A stretch of DNA of 64,000 bases from an uncultured Candidatus Berkelbacteria bacterium (GCA_903877885.1 CAIRFN010000006.1:156332-220331); one strand, 5' to 3'. Positions 1-9,140 are shown, numbered from the stretch's first letter. The notes: a model not told the origin generated them from the sequence alone. Program-made: numbers and translations.

Positions 1-342
1 TTAAAATTGGCTCAAGATTACTTCAAACTTGATGGCAGAATTGTTAATAATGCCAATCTCACTGATTTAAAAAATGAAATTTCACAAGGTCATCCGGTAA
101 TTGTGCCAACTGCCGGAAGATTGCTAGGAAATCCAAATTTCAAAAATCCCGGGCCGGTTTATCATATGGTTGTAGCGATTGGCTATGATAGCAAAAATAT
201 TATCGTTCAAGATGTGGGTACGAAAAACGGCGAACATTATGTTTATAATCAAGAAATATTTTTTAATGCCTGGCACGATTGGACAGGCTCGGACTCAAGT
301 ATTGAACAGGGTAGAAAAAATTATTTGGTTTTGACAAATTAA
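1..342 (+). CDS. C-terminal fragment of a peptidase C39-like (cysteine peptidase) domain protein; the gene starts upstream of the window
   Basis: The ORF runs off the left edge. The C-terminal block YHMVVAIGYD...QDVGTKNGE...WHDW resembles the His-containing end of Peptidase_C39_2-type domains. Confidence 0.4.
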   Translation, partial: LKLAQDYFKLDGRIVNNANLTDLKNEISQGHPVIVPTAGRLLGNPNFKNPGPVYHMVVAIGYDSKNIIVQDVGTKNGEHYVYNQEIFFNAWHDWTGSDSSIEQGRKNYLVLTN

Positions 343-359
343 CCCTGTTAGCGTACAAT
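331..359 (+). promoter_or_regulatory. sigma70-like promoter for rny (TTGACA-17-TACAAT)
   Basis: TTGACA at 331-336, a 17-nt spacer, then TACAAT at 354-359. A GGAG Shine-Dalgarno lies before the ATG at 406. Confidence 0.4.
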
Positions 360-405
360 GAGAATAGTTACTAATTAACAGAACAGATATCAATGGAGAA
401 CAACA

Positions 406-1893
406 ATGACAATTTTTATTTATGTGATAGCCGCTTTGGCCGGTGGCACCGGTCTTGGTTATGCCGCCAGAATTTATATTGCCAAGCAACAAAATGATCA
501 GCTTGAGCAAAAACAAAAGGAAATTTTACTCGAAGCTAAAACCGAAGCACTAAAAATTAAAGAAGACGCCAAAAAGGACGAAGAGCGATCTAAAAAAGAT
601 CTTCAAGAATTGGAGAAAAGTTTGCGTCGCCGCGAGGAAATGATTGATCGACGACTCGATTCAGTCGAAGATGAAAAGAAAAAGATTTTAGACAAAGAAA
701 AAGAAATTAGTTCGATTAAAGATCAAATTTCTGATATCAAAAAGCACCAACAAGAAGGTTTGGAAAAAGTGGCCAAACTCAAAAAAGAAGAAGCGCGCGA
801 ATTATTACTTTCAAATATCGAACGCGAATATAAAGACGATTTGATTCGTAAAATTAAAGAACAAAAAGCGATTGCTCAAGAAGAAGCGCAAAACATTGCG
901 CGAGAAATTTTGGCGACCGCGGTTCAACGACTTTCGTCCGATCATACTGTCGAAACCACCACTACATCGGTGCATTTACCGAGCGATGAAATGAAAGGCC
1001 GAATTATCGGTCGTGAAGGCAGAAATATTCAAATTTTTGAAAAAGAAACTGGTACGGATTTAATTATCGATGACACTCCGGACACTGTGGTTATTTCCGC
1101 TTTTGACCCGATTCGCCGCCACGTGGCTAAAATCGCCTTGGAAAAATTAATTTCCGACGGCCGTATTCATCCAGCCAGAATTGAAGAATTGGTTAAAAAA
1201 GCTCGCGAAGAAATCGCTGTTCAAGTTAAGGAAGCCGGTGAACAAGCCGCTTATGAAGTTGGTGTGGCTGGTTTGCATCCAGATTTAATTAAGATTTTAG
1301 GTCGCTTAAAATTCCGTACTTCTTATGGTCAAAACGTCTTGCAACATTCGATTGAAGCCACTTATATTGCCGGTATGCTGGCCGCTGAACTTGGTGCTGA
1401 TGTCAATTTGGCTAAAAAAGCCGCCCTGTTGCACGATTTAGGTAAAGCGGTTGATCACGACGTACCAGGTGCGCATCATCATATTAGTATGGATATTGCT
1501 CGAAAATACGGTTTGAGTGAAGATATTATCCATGCTATTGGTGCCCATCATGACGATATTGAAGCTAAAACAGTTGAAGCGATTATTGTTCGCGCTGCTG
1601 ATGCCATCTCTTCGAGCCGACCTGGTGCGCGTCGCGAAACCTTGGAAAACTATGTCAAACGTCTTGAAGAATTGGAAAATATTGCCAATTCCTTCCCAGG
1701 TGTAGACAGAACTTATGCCATTCAAGCCGGTCGTGAAGTTCGTATTTTGGTTAAACCAGAAGAGATCGATGATTTAACCGCTTTGAAATTATCCAAAGAT
1801 ATTGCTCGAAAAATTGAAGCAGATTTGCAATATCCTGGTACGATTAAAGTGAATGTGATTCGTGAGACCCGTGCTATCGAGTTCGCAAAATAG
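406..1893 (+). CDS. rny: Ribonuclease Y
   Basis: N-terminal TM helix, a long coiled coil, a KH domain (GRIIGREGRNIQ) and an HD domain (LHDLGK, HHH, GAHHDD); 495 aa. Confidence 0.9.
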   Translation: MTIFIYVIAALAGGTGLGYAARIYIAKQQNDQLEQKQKEILLEAKTEALKIKEDAKKDEERSKKDLQELEKSLRRREEMIDRRLDSVEDEKKKILDKEKEISSIKDQISDIKKHQQEGLEKVAKLKKEEARELLLSNIEREYKDDLIRKIKEQKAIAQEEAQNIAREILATAVQRLSSDHTVETTTTSVHLPSDEMKGRIIGREGRNIQIFEKETGTDLIIDDTPDTVVISAFDPIRRHVAKIALEKLISDGRIHPARIEELVKKAREEIAVQVKEAGEQAAYEVGVAGLHPDLIKILGRLKFRTSYGQNVLQHSIEATYIAGMLAAELGADVNLAKKAALLHDLGKAVDHDVPGAHHHISMDIARKYGLSEDIIHAIGAHHDDIEAKTVEAIIVRAADAISSSRPGARRETLENYVKRLEELENIANSFPGVDRTYAIQAGREVRILVKPEEIDDLTALKLSKDIARKIEADLQYPGTIKVNVIRETRAIEFAK

Positions 1894-1941
1894 TTTACAA
1901 ATTACAAATTTCATTACGAATTTACAAATAGATATTGAAAC

Positions 1942-1968
1942 GAGCCCGCGGTTAGCGGGCTCGTTTTG
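1942..1968. terminator. Bidirectional intrinsic terminator between rny and the convergent GC-rich ORF
   Basis: gagcccgc-ggtta-gcgggctc hairpin followed by gttttg. Confidence 0.6.
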
Positions 1969-1972
1969 CGCA

Positions 1973-2386
1973 TTAGCGCAAGTGGATGGTGATTTGACCC
2001 ACGCACTTTTTCAAGTCGTGGTTGACTTCGTTCCAGCCGGTGGGCTGAAGGAAGACGATATAGTCGCCATCCTGGGTTTTCAACTCAACGAACGTGTCTT
2101 TGAGTTGAAATTTCGGACACTCCCAGCTGGTTTCCCAGACTGCGATTCCGAACTTCGGTGACCAGACCTTTGCGGGCCCAGTGACCGAAATGGTCTGAAA
2201 CGGCTTGCAGATTTTATACTGCTTGCCGTAACTGTCCTGGATAACCAGGAGCGGCAGCTTAGCTTTCCATGAATGGTAAGCCTGGCAACCGGCGATCGAG
2301 GCGTAAGCCGCGATCAGGAGGAGCGCAACGACGGCGATGAGCCGGTTGCGGAGGCCGCGGGTGCGACGAGTGTTACTGCGAATCAT
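1973..2386 (-). CDS. Hypothetical membrane-anchored Cys-containing protein on a GC-rich island (likely horizontally acquired)
   Basis: 137-aa ORF with an N-terminal Arg-rich segment plus a hydrophobic anchor (LIAVVALLLIAAYASIAG) and four Cys. Local GC is clearly higher than the AT-rich background. Confidence 0.45.
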   Translation of the reverse strand: MIRSNTRRTRGLRNRLIAVVALLLIAAYASIAGCQAYHSWKAKLPLLVIQDSYGKQYKICKPFQTISVTGPAKVWSPKFGIAVWETSWECPKFQLKDTFVELKTQDGDYIVFLQPTGWNEVNHDLKKCVGQITIHLR

Positions 2387-2507
2387 GCTTTTATCCTTAC
2401 TTCAAGGTTCGAACTGCTTCAGAGAAGGATTTCTCTGTAAGCGCAAATATTCAGCACTAATATAGTATGATACCACAAAATCAGCCAAAAGTCAAGAGTA
2501 AGTGGTC

Positions 2508-3464
2508 CTATTTCTGGAAAATCTTGCCAATGACTTCTTCGGTGTCGGGATCGGTAATGGAAATATTTTCGACTGGAAAGACGGCGAAAACTTGTTCAAT
2601 CACTTGAGCCAAATCTTCTTTTTGAACGCGAATAATACCGTTATTTTCTACCAACTTTTTATTTTTACAATCGAGTTTGGCAAACTTTTCCTTGGCTTCC
2701 AAATTATCCAAGAAGATTTCAATTTTCTTTTCTGGCGCATATTTATTTTTAAGTTCTGCCAAACCGCCATCATAAATTTTTTGGCCTTTATTAATAATCA
2801 CCACCCGTTTGCACAGCGCTTCAATATCGCCCATGTAGTGACTAGTTAAAATCATGGTTGTCTTTTTTTCTTCATTGATTTTCTTTAAGAATTTGCGAAT
2901 TGCGTGTGAAGAAATTACATCTAATCCGATTGTTGGTTCATCAAGAAAAATAATTTTTGGACTATGTAAAAACGAGGCAGCCAATTCGCATTTCATCCGT
3001 TCGCCCAAACTCATATTACGTAGCGCTTTAGTTAGTAATGGTTTCATATCTAAAATTTCGACTATTTCATCCAAATTCTTTTTATAAACTTCAGTCGGAA
3101 TGGCATAAATTTCTTTGAGCAAATTAAAAGAATCAATCGCTGGCAAATCCCACCAGAGTTGATTTTTCTGACCCATCACAATGGCCATTTGACCTAAATA
3201 TTTGTAATCGCGTTCCCAAGGCGTAAAACCTAAAACTTTGGCTTCGCCGGAAGATGGGTGAATAATTCCAGAAAGAATTTTTAAGAAAGTGGTTTTGCCG
3301 GCGCCATTGGGACCCAAAAAGCCAACAAATTCACCTTCTTCAATGGTAATATTTAATTTATTGACCGCGGTTGTTTCTACTTTTTTGGACTTAAAAAGAT
3401 TGCGCCAATTAAACTCGGTTTTAGAGAAAACTTTGGAAATGTTTTTTGCTTCAATCGCAGACAT
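2508..3464 (-). CDS. ABC transporter ATP-binding protein (ABC-2 type system)
   Basis: Walker A GPNGAGKTT, signature MSLGERMK, Walker B IIFLDEPTIGLD, plus a C-terminal extension. It lies in an operon with two ABC-2 permeases. Confidence 0.85.
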   Translation of the reverse strand: MSAIEAKNISKVFSKTEFNWRNLFKSKKVETTAVNKLNITIEEGEFVGFLGPNGAGKTTFLKILSGIIHPSSGEAKVLGFTPWERDYKYLGQMAIVMGQKNQLWWDLPAIDSFNLLKEIYAIPTEVYKKNLDEIVEILDMKPLLTKALRNMSLGERMKCELAASFLHSPKIIFLDEPTIGLDVISSHAIRKFLKKINEEKKTTMILTSHYMGDIEALCKRVVIINKGQKIYDGGLAELKNKYAPEKKIEIFLDNLEAKEKFAKLDCKNKKLVENNGIIRVQKEDLAQVIEQVFAVFPVENISITDPDTEEVIGKIFQK

Positions 3465-3474
3465 GTTGTTCCTT

Positions 3475-4266
3475 TCAACTTGAGGCGCTGGAATATGTTC
3501 GTTGGCCTAATGACCATAAATATCGAACAACGGCGCCAAAAAGTAAGGTTATAAAAATCATAAATACAATGTATTCGGGTTGCGGCGGATAAAACAAGAT
3601 TTGAGCCGGAAAATAGCTAACCGTCACAATTGGAAAAATAACTAAAATAGCAATTTTAATTCCTTCGGAAAAAATTCCGGCCGGGTAGCGCATAAAAGTA
3701 TTAAGTTTATCCATGATTTCGGCGATAGTCCAAAGCCGAATGAACCAAAAAGCGGGGATAACGCATAAAATCATTAGAAAATAATATAAGATAAAACCAA
3801 AACCGGCTAAAATAAAAAACCAAATCACGTTATCTAAACCAATGGGAACACCGGATTTAATTGCGGCATAAATTGCTAACGGAATTAAAAAAATCAAAGT
3901 AATAAAATTGTAAATTCTGGGCGACTTAATAGAAACCATAATCATCGGATCAACCGGTTTGGCTAGATAAAAATCAAACTCGCCGCGGCGGATTAAATCT
4001 GTGGCCATTGATTGAATACCGCGTTTGGTCCAGGCATTGTGAGCTACAATAATAATTCGGGCAAAGGCGTACAAGAAAATCACTTGCCAATAATTCCAAC
4101 CGGCTAGGTTTTGAATATTAGCAAAAATTACACCAAAGAAAATTAAAGAAATCGTAATATCTAAAATTCGCCACAAAAAACTAGATATAACATAACCTGG
4201 CATTTGTGAATCGCGAATAAAAGAATTACGCATCAAAACTAAATTGATTTTTATATATCTAAGCAT
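3475..4266 (-). CDS. ABC-2 family permease
   Basis: About 6 TM helices and 263 aa, immediately upstream of the ATPase on the same strand. Confidence 0.7.
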   Translation of the reverse strand: MLRYIKINLVLMRNSFIRDSQMPGYVISSFLWRILDITISLIFFGVIFANIQNLAGWNYWQVIFLYAFARIIIVAHNAWTKRGIQSMATDLIRRGEFDFYLAKPVDPMIMVSIKSPRIYNFITLIFLIPLAIYAAIKSGVPIGLDNVIWFFILAGFGFILYYFLMILCVIPAFWFIRLWTIAEIMDKLNTFMRYPAGIFSEGIKIAILVIFPIVTVSYFPAQILFYPPQPEYIVFMIFITLLFGAVVRYLWSLGQRTYSSASS

Positions 4267-4269
4267 ATT

Positions 4270-5064
4270 TCAACGTCCTGTTCCGCTATAAATTTTCAAA
4301 CCTTTTTTGTAAATGATGGCAAAAATTAACCAGAATAAAATGCCCCAACCTAGTATTTGCACCCAACCAATTAAAACTTCATTTAATGGCACTTTATTCA
4401 TAAAAACATTAGCTGGAAAATCAAATAAATAACGAAATGGCAAAGCCATAAAAAAAGTTTTAAGTGCGCCGGGTAAAAAAGTTAAAGGGAAAATACTGCC
4501 GGCTAAAAAACTAATAATAAAACTAACCAGATTAATATTTCCTTCTTGATCACCAAGCCTAAAAGTTAAAGCATGTAAACAAAAATTAATGGCAAAACTC
4601 AAGAAAATTCCCAACAAAATAGTCACTATAAAACAAAGGGCCATTGTTAAGGTTGGTAAAATAATGTAGCTGGCGGCGAAAATAAAAATAAAAATTGCAA
4701 ACGGAATATAAAGCAGTATTTCAATCGCTACTTGGCTTAAAGCAATTAAAAGGTAGCAATAAACAGCGTTCCAAGGTTTAACTAGTTTATTGGTAAACGT
4801 TCCGTTCCAGATCTCATTACTTAAATAAATAAAGTCCGTCACATCTAATCTAAAAATAAAGCTAATCACAAAATAATAAGTAATTGTATTCGCCAAGGTA
4901 TAATTGCCGATATCGGTTTGGCCATTGGACGCAAAAACCGCTTTCCAGAGCGAAAAATAAATGAAAAAATAAATCAAACTAAAAATAATACCGACCAAAT
5001 AATCGGCTTTATAGGTAAAAAATTCCCGAAAAGAAACATAAAAGTATGATAGATATTTTTTCAT
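4270..5064 (-). CDS. ABC-2 family permease
   Basis: Multi-TM, 264 aa, first gene of the minus-strand ABC operon. Confidence 0.7.
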   Translation of the reverse strand: MKKYLSYFYVSFREFFTYKADYLVGIIFSLIYFFIYFSLWKAVFASNGQTDIGNYTLANTITYYFVISFIFRLDVTDFIYLSNEIWNGTFTNKLVKPWNAVYCYLLIALSQVAIEILLYIPFAIFIFIFAASYIILPTLTMALCFIVTILLGIFLSFAINFCLHALTFRLGDQEGNINLVSFIISFLAGSIFPLTFLPGALKTFFMALPFRYLFDFPANVFMNKVPLNEVLIGWVQILGWGILFWLIFAIIYKKGLKIYSGTGR

Positions 5065-5094
5065 TTGATAAATACATCTTATCAGAATTTCCAG

Positions 5095-5125
5095 TATAAA
5101 AAAACCGCCACACGAGGTGGCGGTT
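5095..5125 (-). terminator. Intrinsic terminator downstream of the 76-aa GC-rich ORF
   Basis: aaccgccac-acgag-gtggcggtt hairpin with a U-run on the minus strand (plus-strand A-run 5095-5101). Confidence 0.5.
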
Positions 5126-5136
5126 GAGTGACGCGG

Positions 5137-5367
5137 CTAGTCGGTTGGAAAAACCCGTTTGTGGGTGAGTTGCTGCCAGAGCGTGTCGTCAGCAACAACT
5201 AGTTGCTCATCGAGAATCTCGGCCGCTTTTTCCAAGCCGTTAGCCATTTGTCGATCGTTGACGTAGGGCAAAGTTGCCCGAATGGCGTGGATAGCCAAAT
5301 TGGCGACTTCACCGCGAACGGCGACAATGGAAAACAGGCTCCAAATCAACTTATCGGTTTCCTTCAT
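5137..5367 (-). CDS. Hypothetical small protein on a GC-rich island
   Basis: 76-aa ORF; GC-rich relative to neighbours; no recognisable motif. Confidence 0.4.
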   Translation of the reverse strand: MKETDKLIWSLFSIVAVRGEVANLAIHAIRATLPYVNDRQMANGLEKAAEILDEQLVVADDTLWQQLTHKRVFPTD

Positions 5368-5422
5368 GGTGACCTCCTAGTTTGATTCGAACTGTAAAAA
5401 ATCAGCGATTTTTTTAAAAACA

Positions 5423-5446
5423 ATCCGCATGTAGATTTACGGATTG
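5423..5446 (-). terminator. Terminator hairpin downstream of tRNA-Arg
   Basis: aatccg...cggatt hairpin followed by a minus-strand U-run. Confidence 0.4.
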
Positions 5447-5482
5447 CTATTATTATATCTTAAATTTTACAAAAAGTCAATA

Positions 5483-5557
5483 TGGTGCCCCCTCTAGGAG
5501 TCGGACCTAGATTTAAGACTTAGGACGTCCTTGTTCTATCCATTGAACTAAAGGGGC
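5483..5557 (-). tRNA. tRNA-Arg (anticodon CCU), CCA encoded
   Basis: The reverse complement folds as acceptor GCCCCTT/AGGGGGC, D arm GTTC..GAAC, anticodon stem AGGAC/GTCTT with loop GTCCTAA (anticodon CCT), a T arm, and ACCA at the 3' end. Confidence 0.8.
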
Positions 5558-5611
5558 TTTTTAATCACATCTAGATTTTATCACAAAGTTAAGGTATAAT
5601 AAAGTCATAAT

Positions 5612-5688
5612 CGGGGTGTATCCAGACGCTGAGGCGTCATAGCGCAGCCTGGTATAGCAGACGTCTTTGGCGTCATAGAGCGCATCAT
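5612..5688 (+). pseudogene. Degenerate tRNA-Pro-like fragment with an internal tandem duplication
   Basis: It shares cggggtgta and tagcgcagcctggta with the 5' half of the adjacent tRNA-Pro. It carries two GACGC..GCGTC-ATAG(A)GCGCA units and no T arm. Confidence 0.3.
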
Positions 5689-5700
5689 TAAATTATTTTT

Positions 5701-5774
5701 CGGGGTTTAGCGCAGTCTGGTAGCGCGCGTCGTTCGGGACGACGAGGTCGGCAGTTCAAATCTGCCATCCCCGA
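5701..5774 (+). tRNA. tRNA-Pro (anticodon CGG)
   Basis: Acceptor CGGGGTT/ATCCCCG (one U-U mismatch), D arm GCGC..GCGC, anticodon stem CGTCG/CGACG with loop TTCGGGA, T arm GGCAG-TTCAAAT-CTGCC. Confidence 0.8.
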
Positions 5775-5847
5775 AAAATAATTTAATAAAGCAACGAGGT
5801 CGTGAGTCCGCCTTTAGGTAAAGCATCTCGCCACCCCGACCAAATTA

Positions 5848-5876
5848 TTGATTTTTAACTAAAATTCTGATATAAT
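5848..5876 (+). promoter_or_regulatory. sigma70-like promoter (TTGATT-17-TATAAT) for the transporter gene at 5911
   Basis: TTGATT at 5848-5853, a 17-nt spacer, then TATAAT at 5871-5876. Confidence 0.45.
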
Positions 5877-5910
5877 CGATCCGTTTAGATAAAGATGGAT
5901 TGAGGAAAAA

Positions 5911-6927
5911 ATGGAAAAAGAAAAGAAAATTCAAATTGAAATTTCCACCAATACGATTTTAAAACTTGCTCTAGCGATTTTAATCTTTTGGTTTCTTTTT
6001 ATTATTCATCAAATTGTAGTTCTCTTTTTATTGGTTTTAATTATTGTGGCCGCTTTAACGCCACTGGTCGATAGAATGACTAAATATATGCCACGAGCTT
6101 TGGCTGTCACTCTTTTAGCTTTGGGCTTTTTGGCCGTTTTAATTGTTTTTGGTTTTTTAATTGTGCCGCCGCTTTCAGCTGAAATTAAACAATTGGCGAT
6201 TAATTTACCAATTATTATTTCTAAATTTGGGCCGATTTATCACAATTTTCAACTTTCAATTGGCAATTATCAAGAAAGTATTTTAAATATTTCCAGTCAA
6301 GTTGGACAATTAACGTCGGGAATTTATTCGACGACGATCGGTTTTATTTCCGGAATTGTTGGTCTTGTAACCATGTTAGTTTTGACTTTTTACATGTTAA
6401 TTGATAAAGAAACAATCAATACTTATTTTTACGGCTGTTTTTCTAAAGATAAACAGGAAAAAGTAGCAAAAGTGGTAACTAAAATTAGTGAAAAAATGTC
6501 TCAATGGCTTGGCGGTCATTTGTTTTTGATGCTGGTCGTTGGCATTTTATATGGTCTAGCTCTAGCAATTCTAGGTGTACCTTATTCTTTAGTTTTGGCT
6601 ATTTGGGGCGGGTTAGTCGAAATCATTCCTTATCTGGGGCCGTGGCTAGCAATTGTGCCAGCGGTTTTAATTGCTTTTACTATTTCTCCAATCACCGCCT
6701 TGTTCGTTTTTATTGCTTATATTATTATTCAACAATTGGAATCGCATTTTTTAACACCAAAAATTATTGGTCAGGCCGTCGGTCTTTCGCCAGTAATTAT
6801 CATTTTAGCTTTGCTTATCGGCGCAAAATTAATGGGTCTTTTGGGTGTAATTATTGCTGTGCCAGTGGCCGCGATTATTTCAGTTTTAGTTTTAGATTGG
6901 TCGGAAATTAAAAAATTATGGAAATAA
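5911..6927 (+). CDS. AI-2E family transporter (PerM/YhhT-like, UPF0118)
   Basis: 338 aa with about 8 TM helices; the topology and length are typical of AI-2E permeases. Confidence 0.65.
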   Translation: MEKEKKIQIEISTNTILKLALAILIFWFLFIIHQIVVLFLLVLIIVAALTPLVDRMTKYMPRALAVTLLALGFLAVLIVFGFLIVPPLSAEIKQLAINLPIIISKFGPIYHNFQLSIGNYQESILNISSQVGQLTSGIYSTTIGFISGIVGLVTMLVLTFYMLIDKETINTYFYGCFSKDKQEKVAKVVTKISEKMSQWLGGHLFLMLVVGILYGLALAILGVPYSLVLAIWGGLVEIIPYLGPWLAIVPAVLIAFTISPITALFVFIAYIIIQQLESHFLTPKIIGQAVGLSPVIIILALLIGAKLMGLLGVIIAVPVAAIISVLVLDWSEIKKLWK

Positions 6928-7346
6928 AAATTGAATTTTTTTCACAACAAATGCGAAACTTGCGCGAAGAGCACCAGTTAACCCAGGAAGAACTGGCACA
7001 TCAATTAGGTGTGTCTCGACAATCAATTATTTCGCTGGAGCGCGGTCGCTGTTTGCCGAGTTTGCCATTGGCTTTGAGTTTGGCTGATTTGTTTGATTTG
7101 GTTTTGGAAGATATTTTGCGACCAACCCAAACGAATTTAAATATGCAAAATCAAACACAAATCAATGAACCTTTGGTGCAAATTGCTGAACAAGAAAATA
7201 ATTATCTAGCCCAAATAAAATTGCCAGAAAATATTGATAAAACTAAAATCGAAGTTGAGCTCAAAGATGATTTATTGGTTGTAACTTTGCCGAAAGTGGC
7301 AGTTGCACCAAAAATAATTAAAATTCAAATAAAAAATTTATCATAA
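6918..7346 (+). CDS. XRE-family HTH transcriptional regulator with a C-terminal Hsp20/alpha-crystallin-like tail
   Basis: The N-terminus QQMRNLREEHQLTQEELAHQLGVSRQSIISLERG is a canonical HTH_3. The C-terminus IKLPENIDKTKIEVELKDDLLVVTLPK matches the last beta-strands of small heat-shock proteins. Confidence 0.6.
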   Translation: MEIKIEFFSQQMRNLREEHQLTQEELAHQLGVSRQSIISLERGRCLPSLPLALSLADLFDLVLEDILRPTQTNLNMQNQTQINEPLVQIAEQENNYLAQIKLPENIDKTKIEVELKDDLLVVTLPKVAVAPKIIKIQIKNLS

Positions 7347-7347
7347 T

Positions 7348-8073
7348 ATGCCAAAAACAGAATTAAAATACAAACGCATTTTATTAAAACTTTCCGGCGA
7401 AGCATTGCTGGGTGAACGTGAATATGGTATCGATCCGGAAGTTTGCGATTACATTGCTAAAGAAATTGCCAAATTAGTTAAAAACAAAATCGAAGTGGTG
7501 GTGGTTTTAGGCGGCGGTAATATTTTCCGCGGGCTGGCGGCGGAAAAACACGGTATGAAACGAGTAACCGGCGATTATATTGGCATGCTTGCTACAGTGA
7601 TGAATTCCTTGGCTTTGGGTAGCGCTTTAAATAAAATTAAAATCGAAAATCGCGTTCAGTCGGCCTTGGACATGTCAAAGGTTTGCGAACCTTATATCCG
7701 CAATCGCGCCATTCGACATTTGGAAAAGCATCGAGTGGTAATTGTGGCGGCGGGCTCGGGGCATCCATATTTTTCAACTGATACCGCGGCGGCAGTCAGA
7801 GCTTGCGAACTGGATTGCCAAGTGGTTTTGAAAGCGACAAAAGTTTCCGGCGTGTTTGATAGAGACCCGGCTAAACACGACGATGCTAAAAAATTTGATA
7901 AATTAACCTATTTGGATGTGATTAATAATGATCAAATAAACGTCATGGATAGTACGGCCATCACGCTTTGTAAAGATAATAATATTCCGATTTTGGTTTT
8001 AAAATTGACGATTAAAGATAATATTTTGAAAGCTTGCCAGGGTCATAAAATCGGGACAATAATTGAGGCTTGA
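7348..8073 (+). CDS. pyrH: UMP kinase
   Basis: ILLKLSGEAL, VVVLGGGNIFRG, and length 241 aa. Confidence 0.9.
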   Translation: MPKTELKYKRILLKLSGEALLGEREYGIDPEVCDYIAKEIAKLVKNKIEVVVVLGGGNIFRGLAAEKHGMKRVTGDYIGMLATVMNSLALGSALNKIKIENRVQSALDMSKVCEPYIRNRAIRHLEKHRVVIVAAGSGHPYFSTDTAAAVRACELDCQVVLKATKVSGVFDRDPAKHDDAKKFDKLTYLDVINNDQINVMDSTAITLCKDNNIPILVLKLTIKDNILKACQGHKIGTIIEA

Positions 8074-8105
8074 AAAGTTTGCAATAATTTGCTAAAATAA
8101 GAGTA

Positions 8106-8783
8106 ATGGTTAAACCTTTTATCATTGGAATAACCGGAGGGACAGCTTCGGGCAAAACTTTTGTCATTGAAGCACTCAAGGATTACTTTGGGTCCAATAT
8201 TTTAGTTATTTCGCAAGATCAATATTACAAAAGTTCGGATGTCAAAACCATGGAACGTTGGGCTAGAATGAATCTTGACGAGCCAAAAGCTTTTGATAAT
8301 GAATCATTGGCTGAGCATTTGAAAAAATTATTGAAAGGTGAAAAAGTGATGGCGCCGGTTTATAATTATGCCACTCATCAACAGGAGAAAGCCCAAATTG
8401 AATTAGAACCAAGGCCGGTGATTGTTCTGGAAGGCATCTTAATTTTCCACGAAAAAATCATTCGGAATTTGACTAATTGGAAAGTATTTTTGGAAGCCTC
8501 GCCCGATATTCGTTTGGCAAGAAGATTACTTCGAGATTTGGAAGAACGCGGAGTTGATCAAAATGAACTTCATGCCGACATCGAAAGATATATGAATATT
8601 GTTAAGCCGATGTATGATCAATATATTGCGCCAATGAAAAAGTTTGCCAACAAAGTTTACAATACGGATAATGGTTCGCTGGACGCGGCTAAAGATATTG
8701 TTGGTCGCTTAAAAAAGGTTTACAAAAAGCATAAAATTGTTGTTGAAGAAAAAGTGTTGAAGGAAAAAGAGTATCAGTTTTAA
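8106..8783 (+). CDS. udk: Uridine kinase
   Basis: P-loop IIGITGGTASGKT; overall uridine/cytidine kinase architecture. Confidence 0.85.
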   Translation: MVKPFIIGITGGTASGKTFVIEALKDYFGSNILVISQDQYYKSSDVKTMERWARMNLDEPKAFDNESLAEHLKKLLKGEKVMAPVYNYATHQQEKAQIELEPRPVIVLEGILIFHEKIIRNLTNWKVFLEASPDIRLARRLLRDLEERGVDQNELHADIERYMNIVKPMYDQYIAPMKKFANKVYNTDNGSLDAAKDIVGRLKKVYKKHKIVVEEKVLKEKEYQF

Positions 8784-8812
8784 AAATATAATAGTTGATA
8801 AAAAAACATGGT

Positions 8813-8889
8813 GGGCGGTTAGCTCAGCTGGTAGAGCGCCTCGTTGACGTCGAGGAGGTTCAGAGGTTCGAACCCTCTACCGCCCACCA
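8813..8889 (+). tRNA. tRNA-Val (anticodon GAC), CCA encoded
   Basis: Acceptor GGGCGGT/ACCGCCC, D arm GCTC..GAGC, anticodon stem CCTCG/CGAGG with loop TTGACGT, T arm with TTCGAAC loop, then ACCA. Confidence 0.85.
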
Positions 8890-8980
8890 TGTTTTTTTGT
8901 ACCTGAATTAGCTCAGTGGTAACCAGATTTCGGCTGCCGCCTCAATCAAGATTGGCTATTACCAAATCGTCTTCGACGAA

Positions 8981-9056
8981 AGAGCGCCTCGTTGACGTTA
9001 TGAATGATAGAAGTTCGAACCTCTATGACGCAAAGCGTCTGTTATACCGCCCACCA
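8981..9056 (+). pseudogene. Degenerate partial duplicate of the 3' two-thirds of tRNA-Val
   Basis: agagcgcctcgttgacgt (18 nt identical to tRNA-Val) ... gttcgaacctcta ... taccgcccacca, with insertions; no 5' acceptor strand. Confidence 0.35.
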
Positions 9057-9063
9057 TGAAAAA

Positions 9064-9086
9064 AACAGGTCTAAAGCCTGTTTTTT
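9064..9086. terminator. Small bidirectional terminator hairpin
   Basis: A-run, acagg-tctaaag-cctgt, T-run. Confidence 0.35.
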
Positions 9087-9140
9087 TGTATCCAAAATAT
9101 ATGATATGCTAGAAAAAACAGCTAAATAAAAAGGAATTAA

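Noticed and set aside
1862-2161. 99-aa plus-strand ORF in the GC-rich island.
   Set aside because: It runs through the rny terminator hairpin and overlaps the better-supported minus-strand ORF that has a membrane anchor.
6504-6911. 135-aa alternative-frame ORF inside the AI-2E transporter gene.
   Set aside because: It is a shadow ORF; the transporter frame has a coherent TM topology.
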